Source: the human T2T-CHM13v2.0 reference genome, Homo sapiens. Taken from it: a stretch of DNA of 64,000 nt. This document shows, one piece after another, positions 42,060-55,900 of the stretch. The position numbers and the translations under genes were made by a program. The stretch lies in the NCBI RefSeq assembly GCF_009914755.1, contig NC_060933.1. One strand, written 5' to 3'. Below the pieces are notes generated by a model. That model had not been told where the DNA came from. It saw only the letters and a list, made by a program, of their open reading frames with translations, and searched no databases. Within the stretch, counting starts at the first letter, position 1; every line of letters starts with the position of its first letter.

Positions 42060-45000
42060 TTCCATTCCGGAAGATTCCATTCCATTGCATTCCATTCCAT
42101 TCCATTCCCCTGCACTCGCGTTGATTCCATTCCATTCCATTCCATTCCATTCCGTTCCGTTCCGTTCCATTCCATTCCATTCCATTCCATTCCATTCCAT
42201 TCCATTCCGTTCCGTTCCATTCCATTCCATTCCATTCTATTTGGTTTAATTCCATTCCATTCCATTGGATTGCAATCGAGTTGATTCCATTCCATTCCAT
42301 TCCATTCCATTCCATTCCATTCCATTCCTTTCCATTCCATTACGGATGACTCCATTCCACTGCATTCCATTCCATTCCATTCCCCTGTACTCGGGTTGAT
42401 TCCATTCCATTCCATTGCAATCCATGCCATTCCACTCGTGTTGATTCCATTCTTTCCATTCCATTCAAGTTGAATCCATTCCATTGCATTGCATTCCATT
42501 CGATTCCATTCGATTGCACTCGGGTTGATTCCATTCCATTCCATTCCATTCCATTCCATTCCATTCCATTCCATTCTATTCCGTTCCATTCCATTCCATT
42601 ACATTCGGATTGATTCTATTCAATTCCCTTACACTCCATTACATTCCATTCCATTCGGGTAGTTTCCATTCCATTCCATTCCATTCCTCTCCATTCCATT
42701 GCACTCAGGTTGATTCCATTCCATTGCATTCCATTCCATTCCATTCAATTCCATTCCGTTTCATTCCATTCCATTACATTCGGAATGATTCTATTCAACT
42801 CCCTTACTCTCCATTACATTCCATTCCATTCGGGTTGTTCCATTCCATTCCATTCCATTCCACTCCATTCCATTGCACTCGGGTTGATTCCATTCCATTC
42901 CATTCCATTCCATTCCGGAAGATTCCATTCCATTGCATTCCATTACATTCCATTACCCTGCACTCGCGTTGATTCCATTACATTCCATTCCATTCCATTC
43001 CATTCCGTTCCATTCCATTCCTTTCCGTTCCATTCCATTCCATTCCATTCCATTCCATTCCGTTCCGTTCCGTTCCGTTCCATTCCATTCCATTCTATTC
43101 GGGTTAATTCCATTCCATTCCATTCGATTGCAATCGAGTTGATTCCATTCCATTCCATTCCATTCCATTCCATTCCATTCCATTCCTTTCCATTCCATTA
43201 CGGATGATTCAATTCCATTGCATTCCATTCCATTCCATTCCCCTGTACTCGGGTTGATTCCATTCCATTCCATTCCAATCCATGCCATTCCACTCGTGTT
43301 GATTCCATTCTTTCCATTCCATTCAAGTTGAATCCATTCCATTGCATTCCATTCCATTCGATTCCATTCGATTGCACTCGGGTTGATTCCATGACATTGC
43401 ATTCCATTCCATTCCATTCCATTCCATTCCATTCCTTTCCATTCCATTCCATTCGGATTCATTCTATTCAATTCCCTTACACTCCATTACATTCCATTCC
43501 ATTCGTGTAGTTTCCATTCCATTCCATTCCAATCCTCTCCATTCCATTGCACTCGGGTTGATTCCATTCCATTCCATTCCATTCCATTCCATTCCATTCC
43601 ATTCCATTCCATTCCAGATGATTCCATTCCATTGAATTCCATTCCATTCCATTCCCCTGCACTTAGGTTGATTCCATTCCATTCCATTCCATTCCTTTCT
43701 GTTCCATTCAATTCCATTCCATTCCATTCTATTCGTGTTAATTCCATTCCATTCTATTCCATTCCATTCCATTGAAATCGAGTTGATTCCATTCCATTCC
43801 ATTCCATTCCATTCCATTCCATTCCATTCCGGATGATTCCATTCCATTGCATTCCATTCCATTCCCTTCCCCTGCACTCAGGTTGATTCCATTCCATTCC
43901 ATTCCATTACATTCCAGTCCTTTCCATTCCATTCCACTCGGGTTGATTCCATTCTATTCCTTTCAATTCCATTCCATTCCATTGCAATCGAGTTGATTCC
44001 ATTCGAGTTGAATCCATTCCATTCCATTCCATTCCATTCCATTCCATTGCACACGGGTTCATTCCATTCCATTCCATTCCATTCCGTTCCATTCCATTCC
44101 ATTCCATTTCATTCCATTCCATTCCACTCGGGTTGATTCCATTCTATTCCTTTCAATTCCATTCCATTCCATTGCAATCGAGTTGATTCCATTCGAGTTG
44201 AATCCATTCCATTCCATTCCATTCCATTCCATTGCACACGGGTTCATTCCATTCCATTCCATTCCATTCCGTTCCATTCCATTCCATTCCATTTCATTCC
44301 ATTCCATTCTATTCCGTACCATTCCATTCCATCCCATTCCATTCTGTTCCATTGCATGCCATTACACTCGGGTTGATTCCATTCCTTTCCATTCCATTCT
44401 TATTGAATCCATTCCATTCCAATCCATTCGAATCCATTCCATTGCACTCGGGTTGATTCCATTCCATTGCATTCCATTCCATTCCATTCCATTCCATTAC
44501 ATTCGGATTGATTCTATTCAATTCCCTTACACTCCATTACATTCCATTCCATTCGGGATGTTTCCATTCCATTCCATTCCATTCCACTCCATTCCATTGC
44601 ATCAGGTTGATTGCATTCCATTCCATTCCATTCCATTCCGGATGATTCCATTCCATTGCATTCCATTCCATTCCATTCCCCTGCACTCGGGTTGATTCCA
44701 TTCCATTCCATTCCATTCCATTCCATTCCATTCCGTTCCATTCCATTCCATTGCATTCTATTCCGGTTAATTCCATTCCATTCCATTCGATTCCATTCCA
44801 TTCCATACCATTCCATTCCATTGCCATCGAGTTGATTCCATTCCATTCCATTCCATTCCGTTCCGGATGATTCCATTCCATTCCATTCCATTCCCCTGCA
44901 GTCGGGTTGATTCCATTCCATTCCATTCCATTCCATTCCATTCCATTCCATTGTATTCCATTCCGTTCCATTCCATTCCATTCCATTCCATTCTATTCAG

Positions 45001-48000
45001 GTTAATTCCATTCCATTCCATTCCATTCCATTCCATTCCAATCGAGTTGATTCCATTCCATTCCATTCCATTCCACTACATTCCAGTCCTTTCCATTCCA
45101 TTACACTCGGGTTGATTCCATTCTATTCCATTCTATTCCATTCCATTCCATTGCAATCGAGTTGATTCCATTGCTTTGCATTCCGTTCCATTCCATTCCA
45201 TTCCGGATGATTCCATTCCATTGCATTCCATTCCATTCCATTCCCCTGCACTCGGGTTGATTCCATTCCATTCCACTCCATTCCTTTCCATTCCATTCCA
45301 TTCCATTGTATTCGGGTTAATTCCATTCCATTCCATTCCATTCCATTCCATTCCAATACATTCCTTTACAATCGAGTTGATTCCATTCCATTCCATTCCA
45401 TTCCATTCCACTCCAGTCCTTTCCATTCCATTCCACTCGGGTTGATTCCATTCTATTAGTTTCCATTCCATTCCATTCCCTTCCATTCCACTCTGGTTGA
45501 TTCCATTCCTTTCCATTCCACTCGAATACATTCCCTCCTATTCCACTCGGAACGATTCCATTCCATTCCATTCCATTCCATTCCATTCCATTCCAGTTCG
45601 TTCCATTCCATTCTATTCCGTACCATTCCTTTCCATTCCATTCCTTTCCTCTCGTGTTGATTCCATTCCTTTCCATTCCATTCGGTTTGAAGGCATTCCA
45701 TTCCATTCAATTCCATTCCATTCCATTCCATTCCATTCCATTCCATTCCCCTGTACTCGGGTTGATTCCAATCCATTCCATTCCAATCCATGCCATTCCA
45801 CTCGTGTTGATTCCATTCTTTCCATTCCATTCAAGTTGAATCCATTCCATTGCATTCCATTCCATTCGATTCCATTCGATTGCACTCGGGTTGATTCCAT
45901 TCCATTGCATTCCATTCCATTCCATTCCATTCCATTCCGTTCCATTCCATTCCATTACATTCGGATTGATTCTATTCAATTCCCTTACACTCCATTACAT
46001 TCCATTCCATTCGGGTAGTTTCCATTCCATTCCATTCCATTCCTCTCCATTCCATTGAACTCGGGTTGATTCCATTCCATTGCATTCCATTCCATTCCAT
46101 TCCATTCCATTCCGTTCCATTCCATTCCATTACATTCGGATTGATTCTATTCAACTCCCTTACTCTCCATTACATTCCGTTCCATTCGGGTTGTTCCATT
46201 CCATTCCATTCCATTCCACTCCATTCCATTGCACTCGGGTTGATTCCATTCCATTCCATTCCATTCCATTCCATTCCATTCCGGAAGATTCCATTCCATT
46301 GCATTCCATTCCATTCCATTCCCCTGCACTCGCGTTGATTCCATTCCATTCCATTTGATTCCATTCCATTCCATTCCATTCCATTCCGGAAGATTCCATT
46401 CCATTACATTCAATTCCATTCCATTCCCCTGCACTCGCGTTGATTCCATTCCATTCCATTCCATTCCATTCCATTCCGTTCCGTTCCGTTCCATTCCATT
46501 CCATTCCATTCCATTCCATTCCATTCCATTCCGTTCCGTTCCATTCCATTCCATTCCATTCTATTTGGGTTAATTCCATTCCATTCCATTGGATTGCAAT
46601 CGAGTTGATTCCATTCCATTCCATTCCATTCCATTCCATTCCATTCCTTTCCATTCCATTACGGATGACTCCATTCCATTGCATTCCATTCCATTCCATT
46701 CCCCTGTACTCGGGTTGATTCCATTCCATTCCATTCCAATCCATGCCATTCCACTCGTGTTGATTCCATTCTTTCCATTCCATTCAAGTTGAATCCATTC
46801 CATTGCATTGCATTCCATTCGATTCCATTCGATTGCACTCGGGTTCATTCCATTCCATTCCATTCCATTCCATTCCATTCCATTCCATTCCGTTCCATTC
46901 CATTCCATTACATTCGGATTGATTCTATTCAATTCCCTTACACTCCATTACATTCCATTCCATTCGGGTAGTTTCCATTCCATTCCATTCCATTCCTCTC
47001 CATTCCATTGCACTCGGGTTGATTCCATTCCATTGCATTCCATTCCATTCCATTCAATTCCATTCCGTTCCATTCCATTCCATTACATTCGGAATGATTC
47101 TATTCAACTCCCTTACTCTCCATTACATTCCATTCCATTCGGGTTGTTCCATTCCATTCCATTCCATTCCACTCCATTCCATTGCACTCGGGTTGATTCC
47201 ATTCCATTCCATTCCATTCCATTCCGGAAGATTCCATTCCATTGCATTCCATTACATTCCATTACCCTGCACTCGCGTTGATTCCATTCCATTCCATTCC
47301 ACTCCATTCCGTTCCATTCCATTCCTTTCCGTTCCATTCCATTCCATTCCATTCCATTCCATTCCGTTCCGTTCCGTTCCGTTCCATTCCATTCCATTCT
47401 ATTCGGGTTAATTCCATTCCATTCCATTCGATTGCAATCGAATTGATTCCATTCCATTCCATTCCATTCCATTCCATTCCATTCCATTCCTTTACATTCC
47501 ATTACGGATGATTCCATTCCATTGCATTCCATTCCATTCCATTCCCCTGTACTCGGGTTGATTCCATTCTATTCCATTCCAATCCATGCCATTCCACTCG
47601 TGTTGATTCCATTCTTTCCATTCCATTCAAGTTGAATCCATTCCATTGCATTCCATTCCATTCGATTCCATTCGATTGCACTCGGGTTGATTCCATGGCA
47701 TTGCATTCCATTCCATTCCATTCCATTCCATTCCATTCCATTCCTTTCCATTCCATTCCATCGGATTCATTCTATTCAATTCCCTTACACTCCATTACAT
47801 TCCATTCCATTCGTGTAGTTTCCATTCCATTCCATTCCATTCCTCTCCATTCCATTGCACTCGGGTTGATTCCATTCCATTCCATTCCATTCCATTCCAT
47901 TCCATTCCATTCCATTCCATTCCATTCCGGATGATTCCATTCCATTGAATTCCATTCCATTCCACTCCCCTGCACTTAGGTTGATTCCATTCCATTCCAT

Positions 48001-49930
48001 TCCATTCCTTTCTGTTCCATTCAATTCCATTCCATTCCATTCTATTCGTGTTAATTCCATTCCATTCTATTCCATTCCATTCCATTGAAATCGAGTTGAT
48101 TCCATTCCATTCCATTCCATTCCATTCCATTCCGGATGATTCCATTCCATTGCATTCCATTCCATTCCATTCCCCTGCACTCAGGTTGATTCCATTCCAT
48201 TCCATTCCATTACATTCCATTCCATTCCGTCCCATTTCATTCTATTCGGGTTAATTCCATTCCATTCCATTCCACTCCATTCCAGTCCTTTCCATTCCAT
48301 TCCACTCGGGTTGATTCCATTCTATTCCTTTCAATTCCATTCCATTCCATTGCAATCGAGTTGATTCCATTCGAGTTGAATCCATTCCATTCCATTCCAT
48401 TCCATTCCATTCCATTGCACACGGGTTCCTTCCATTCCATTCCATTCCATTCCGTTCCATTCCATTCCATTCCATTTCATTCCATTCCATTCTATTCCGT
48501 ACCATTCCATTCCATCCCATTCCATTCTGTTCCATTCCATGCCATTACACTCGGGTTGATTCCATTCCTTTCCATTCCATTCTTATTGAATCCATTCCAT
48601 TCCAATCCATTCGAATCCATTCCATTGCACTCGGGTTGATTCCATTCCATTCCATTCCATTCCATTCCATTCCATTCCATTACATTCGGATTGATTCTAT
48701 TCAATTCCCTTACACTCCATTACATTCCATTCCATTCGGGATGTTTCCATTCCATTCCATTCCATTCCACTCCATTCCATTGCATCAGGTTGATTGCATT
48801 CCATTCCATTCCATTCCATTCCGGATGATTCCATTCCATTGCATTCCATTCCATTCCATTCCCCTGCACTCGGGTTGATTCCATTCCATTCCATTCCATT
48901 CCATTCCATTCCATTCCATTCCGTTCCATTCCATACCATTGCATTCTATTCCGGTTAATTCCATTCCATTCCATTCGATTCCATTCCATTCCATTGCATT
49001 CCATTCCATTGCCATCGAGTTGATTCCATTCCATTCCATTCCATTCCGTTCCGGATGATTCCATTCCATTCCATTCCATTCCATTCCATTCCCCTGCAGT
49101 CGGGTTGATTCCATTCCATTCCATTCCATTCCATTCCATTCCATTCCATGGCATTCCATTCCGTTCCATTCCATTCCATTCCATTCCATTCTATTCAGGT
49201 TAATTCCATTCCATTCCATTCCATTCCATTCCATTCCATTCCAATCGAGTTGATTCCATTCCATTCCATTCCATTCCACTACATTCCAGTCCTTTCCATT
49301 CCATTACACTCGGGTTGATTCCATTCTATTCCATTCTATTCCATTCCATTCCATTGCAATCGAGTTGATTCCATTGCTTTGCATTCCATTCCATTCCATT
49401 CCATTCCGGATGATTCCATTCCATTGCATTCCATTCCATTCCATTCCCCTGCACTCGGGTTGATTCCATTCCATTCCACTCCATTCCTTTCCATTCCATT
49501 CCATTCCATTGTATTCGGGTTAATTCCATTCCATTCCATTCCTTTCCATTCCATTCCATTCCAATACATTCCTTTACAATCGAGTTGATTCCATTCCATT
49601 CCATTCCATTCCATTCCACTCCAGTCCTTTCCATTCCATTCCACTCGGGTTGATTCCATTCTATTAGTTTCCATTCCATTCCATTCCCTTCCATTCCACT
49701 CTGGTTGATTCCATTCCTTTCCATTCCACTCGAATACATTCCCTCCTATTGCACTCGGAACGATTCCATTCCATTCCATTCCATTCCATTCCATTCCATT
49801 CCATTCCATTCCAGTTCGTTCCATTCCATTCTATTCCGTACCATTCCTTTCCATTCCATTCCTTTCCACTCGTGTTGATTCCATTCCTTTCCATTCCATT
49901 CGGTTTGAAGGCATTCCATTCCATTCAATT
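42060..49930. repeat. Local duplication with ~4.2-4.3 kb period (about 42060-45720 and 46385-49930)
   Basis: TTGGATTGCAATC (~42265/46589), CGGAATGATT (42781/47090), GCACTTAGGTTG (43659/47972), TTGCCATCGA (44821/49009) and CCAATACATTCCTTTACAATC (45353/49561). Confidence 0.9.
43931..44305. repeat. ~190-bp tandem duplication nested in the first 4.3-kb copy
   Basis: ATTCCACTCGGGTTGATTCCATTCTATTCCTTTCAATT...GCACACGGGTTC starts at 43931 and 44121. The sister copy (~48300) has it once. Confidence 0.85.
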
Positions 49931-52900
49931 CCATTCTATTCCATTCCATTCCATTCCATTCCATTCTATTCCATTCCATTGCAATCGAGTTGAATCCATT
50001 GCCTTTCATTCCATTCCATTCCATTCCATTACATTCCGGAAGATTCCATTCCATTGCATTCCATTCCATTCCATTCCCCTGCACTCGCGTTGATTCCATT
50101 CCATTCCATTCCATTCCATTCAATTCCATTCCATTCCATTCCTTTCTATTCCATTACGGATGACTCCATTCCATTGCATTCCATTCCATTCCATTCCCCT
50201 GTACTCGGGTTGATTCCATTCCATTCCATTCCTCTCCATTCGGTTCCGTTGCATTCCATTCTATTGCATTCCATTCTATTCGGGTTAATTCCATTCCATT
50301 CTATTCCATTCCATTCCATTCCATTCCATTGCAATGGAGTTGATTCCATTCCCTTCCATTCCATTCCGGATGATTCCATTCCATTGCATTCCATTCCATT
50401 CCATTCCCCTGCACTCGTGTTGATTCCATTCCCTTCCATTCCATTCCATTCCGTTCCATTCCCTTCCTTTCCGTTCTATTCCGGTTAATTCCATTCCATT
50501 CCATTCCATTCCATTCCACTCCATTGCAATCGAGTTGATTCCATTCCATTCCTTTCCATTCCATTCCATTGCCTTGCATTGCACTCGGGTTGATTCCATT
50601 CCTTTCTTCCCACTCCATTACATTCCCTTCCTTTCCACTCGGAATGATTGATTCCATTCCATTCCATTCCATTTCATTCCATTGCAATCCATTCCAATCC
50701 ATTCCGTTCCATTCCATTCCACTCGAGTTGACTTCATTCCATTCCTTTCCATTCCATTCCATTCCTTTCCACTCGAGTTGATTCCATTCCATTCCATTCC
50801 ATTGCATTCCATTCCATGCCATTCCACTCGGGTTGATTCCATTCCTTTGAATTCCATTCCATTCCATTGCATTCCATTCCATTCCATTTCATTCCGTTGC
50901 ATTCCATTCCATTACATTCGGATTGATTCTATTCAACTCCCTTACTGTCCATTACATTCCATTCCATTCGGCTTGTTCCATTCCATTCCATTCCATTCCA
51001 CTCCATTCCATTGCACTCGGGTTGACTCCATTCCACTCCTTTCCATTCCATTCCATTCCTTTCCATTACAATTCGTTCCATTCCATTCTATTCCGTACCA
51101 TTCCATTCCATTCCATACCATTCCATTCCATTCCATTCCATTCCATTCCATTCCATTCCATTCCGTTCCATTCCGTTCCATTCCATTCCATTCTATTCGG
51201 GTTAATTCCATTCCATTCCATTCCATTCCATTCTATTCCATTCCATTGCAATCGAGTTGAATCCATTGCATTTCATTCCATTCCATTCCATTCCATTCCA
51301 TTCCGGAAGATTCCATTCCATTGCATTCCATTCCATTCCATTCCCCTGCACTCGCGTTGATTCCATTCCATTCCATTCCATTCCATTCCATTCCATTCCA
51401 TTCCGTTCCGTTCCGTTCCGTTCCATTCCATTCCATTCCATTCCATTCCATTCCATTCCATTCCGTTCCGTTCCATTCCATTCCATCCCATTCTTTTCGG
51501 GTTAATTCCATTCCATTCCATTCGATTGCAATCGAGTTGATTCCATTCCATTCCATTCCATTCCATTCCATTCCATTCCTTTCCATTCCATTACGGATGA
51601 TTCCATTCCATTGCATTCCATTCCATTCCATTCCCCTGTACTCGGGTTGATTCCATTCCATTGCATTCCAATCCATGCCCTTCCACTGGTGTTGATTCCA
51701 TTCTTTCCATTCCATTCAAGTTGAATCCATTCCATTGCATTCCATTCCATTCGATTCCATTCGATTGCACTCGGGTTGATTCCATTCCATTGCATTCCAT
51801 TCCATTCCATTCCATTCCATTACATTCGGATTGATTCTATTCAATTCCCTTACACTCCATTACATTCCATTCCATTCGGGTAGTTTCCATTCCATTCCAT
51901 TCCATTCCTCTCCATTCCATTGCACTCGGGTTGATTCCATTCCATTGCATTCCATTCCATTCCATTCAATTCCATTCCGTTCCATTCCATTCCATTACAT
52001 TCGGATTGATTCTATTCAACTCCCTTACTCTCCATTACATTCCATTCCATTCGGGCTCTTCCATTCCATTCCATTCCATTCCACTCCATTCCATTGCACT
52101 CGGGTTTATTCCATTCCATTCCATTCCATTCCATTCCATTCCATTCCGGAAGATTCCATTCCATTGCATTCCATTCCATTCCATTCCCCTGCACTCGGGT
52201 TGATTCCATTCCATTCCACTCCATTCCGTTCCATTCCATTCCATTCCATTGTATTCGGGGTAATTCCATTCCATTCCATTCCATTCCATTCCATTCCATT
52301 CCATTCCATTACAATCGAGTTGATTCCATTCCATTCCATTCCATTCCAGTCCTTTCCATTCCATTCCACTCGGGTTGATTCCATTCTATTAGTTTCCATT
52401 CCATTCCATTCCCTTCCATTCCACTCTGGTTGATTCCATTCCTTTCCATTCCACTCGAATAAATTCCCTCCTATTCCACTCGGAACGATTCCATTCCATT
52501 CCATTCCATTCCATTCCATTCCATTCCATTCCATTCCATTTCCTTCCATTCCATTCTATTCCGTATCATTCCATTCCATTCCATTCCATTCCACTCGTGT
52601 TGATTCCATTCCTTTCCATTCCATTCGGTTTGAAGGCATTCCATTCCATTCCATTCCATTCCATTCCATTCCATTCCATTCCATTCCATTGTACTCTGGT
52701 TGATTGCATTCCATTGCATTCCATTCCATTCCATTCCGTTGCATTCCATTCCATTACATTCGGATTGATTCTATTCAACTCAATTACATTCCATTACATT
52801 CCATTCCATTCGGGTTGTTCCATTCCATTCCATTTCATTCCACTCCATTCCATTGCACTCGGGTTGATTCCATTCCATTCCATTCCATTCCATTCCATTC

Positions 52901-55900
52901 CATTCCATTCCGGATGATTCCATTCCATTGCATTCCGTTCCATTACATTCCCCTGCACTCGCGTTGATTCCATTCCATTCCATTCAATTCCATTAAATTA
53001 CAATTCGTTACATTCCATTCTATTCCGTACCATTCCATTCCATTCCATTCCATTCGGTTCCATTCCGTTCCATTGCATTCCATTCCATTCTATTCGGGTT
53101 CATTCTATTCCATTCCATTCCGTTCCATTCTATTCCATTCCATTGCAATCGAGTTGAATTCATTGCGTTTCATTCCATTCCATTCCATTCCATTCCATTC
53201 CATTCCATTCCGGAAGATTCCATTCCATTGCATTCCATTCCATTCCATTCCCCTGCACTCGCGTTGATTCCATTCCATTCCATTCCATTCCATTCCATTC
53301 CGTTCCGTTCCATTCCATTCCATTCCATTCCATTCCATTCCGTTCCTTTCCATTCCATTCCATTCCATTCTATTCGGGTTAATTCCATTCCATTCCATTC
53401 GATTGCAATCGAGTTGATTCCATTCCATTGCATTCCATTCCATTCGATTCCATTCGATTGCACTCGGGTTGATTCCATTCCATTGCATTCAATTCCATTC
53501 CATTCCATTCCATTCCTTTCTGTTCCATTCCATTCCATTCCATTTCATTCTATTCGTGTTAATTCCGTTCCATTCTACTCCATTCCATTCCATTGAAATC
53601 GAGTTGTTTCCATTCCATTCAATTCCATTCCATTCCATTCCATTCCATTCCATTCCGGATGATTTCATTCCATTGTATTCCATTCCATTCCATTCCCCTG
53701 CACTCGGGTTGATTCCATTTCATTCCATTCCATTACATTCCATTCCATTCCGTTCCATTTCATTCTATTCGGGTTAATTCCATTCCATTCCATTCCACTC
53801 CATTCCAGTCCTTTCCTTTCCATTCCACTCGGGTTGATTCCATTCTATTCCTTTTAATTCCATTCCATTCCATTGCAATCGAGTGGATTCCATTCGAGTT
53901 GAATCCATTCCATTCCATTCCATTCCATTCCATTGCACACGGGTTCATTCCATTCCATTCCATTCCATTCCATTCCATTCCATTCCATTCTATTCCATTT
54001 CATTCCATTCCGTTCTATTCCGTACCATTCCATTCCATCCCATTCCATTCCGTTCCATTCCATGCCATTACACTCGGGTTGATTCCATTCCTTTCCATTC
54101 CATTCTTGTTGAATCCATTCCATTCCATTCCATTCCATTCCATTCGAATCCATTCCATTGCACTCGGGTTGATTCCATTACATTCCATTCCATTCCATTT
54201 CATTCCATTCCATTCCATTACATTCGGATTGATTCTATTCAATTCCCTTACACTCCATTACATTCCATTCCATTCAAGATGTTTCCATTCCATTCCATTC
54301 CATTCCACTCCATTCCATTGCATCAGGTTGATTGCATTCCATTCCATTCCATTCCATTCCGGATGATTCCATTCCATTGCATTCCATTCCATTCCATTCC
54401 ATTCCGTTCCGGATGATTCCATTCCATTCCATTCCATTCCATTCCATTCCCCTGCAGTCGGGTTGATTCCATTCCATTCCATTCCATTCCATTCCATTCC
54501 ATTCCATTCCGTTCAATTCCATTCCATTCCATTCTATTCGGGTTAATTCCATTCCATTCCATTCCATTCCATTCTGTTCGGGTTAATTCCATTCCATTCC
54601 ATTCCATTCCATTCCATTCCATTCTATTCCATTCCATTGCAATCGAGTTGAATCCATTGCATTTCATTCCATTCCATTCCATTCCATTCCATTCCATTCC
54701 ATTCCATTCCGGAAGATTCCATTCCATTGCATTCCATTCCATTCCATTCCCCTGCACTCGCGTTGATTCCATTCCATTCCATTCCATTCCGTTCCGTTCC
54801 GTTCCGTTCCGTTCCGTACCATTCCATTCCATTCCATTCCATTCCGTTCCGTTCCATTCCATTCCATTCCTTTCTATTCGGGTTAATTCCATTCCATTCC
54901 ATTCGATTGCAATCGTGTTGATTCCATTCCATTCCATTCCATTCCATTCCATTCCATTCCATTCCTTTCCATTCCATTACGGATGATTCCATTCCATTGC
55001 ATTCCATTCCATTCCATTCCCCTGTACTCGGGTTGATTCCATTCCATTCCATTCCAATCCATGCCATTCCACTCGTGTTGATTCCATTCTTTCCATTCCG
55101 TTCAAGTTGAATCCATTCCATTGCATTATATTCCATTCGATTCCATTCGATTTCACTCGGGTTGATTCCATTCCATTGCATTCCATTCCATTCCATTCCA
55201 TTCCATTCCGTTCCATTCCATTCCATTACATTCGGATTGATTCTATTCAACTCCCTTACTCTCCATTACATTCCATTCCATTCGGGTTGTTCCATTCCAT
55301 TCCATTCCATTCCACTCCATTCCATTGGACTCGGGTTGATTCCATTCCATTCCATTCCATTCCATTCCATTCCATTCCGGAAGATTCCATTCCATTGCAT
55401 TCCATTCCATTCCATTCCCCTGCACTCGCGTTGATTCCATTCTATTCCATTCTATTCCATTCCATTCCCTTCCTTTCCGTTCCATTCCGTTCCATTCCGT
55501 TCAGTTCCGTTCCACTCCATTCCATTCCATTCTATTCGGGTTAATTCCATTCCATTCCATTCGATTGCAATCGAGTTGATTCCATTCCATTCCATTTCAT
55601 TCCATTCCATTCCATTCCATTCCATTCCATTCCTTTCCATTCCATTACGGATGATTCCATTCCATTGCATTCCATTCCATTCCATTCCCCTGTACTCGGG
55701 TTGATTCCATTCCATTCCATTCCAATCCATGCCCTTCCACTCGTGTTGATTCCATTCTTTCCATTCCATTCTAGTTGAATCCATTCCATTGCATTCCATT
55801 CCATTCGATTCCATTCGATTGCACTCGGGTTGATTCCATTCCATTGCATTCCATTCCATTCCATTCCATTCCATTCCATTCCATTCCGTTCCATTGCATT

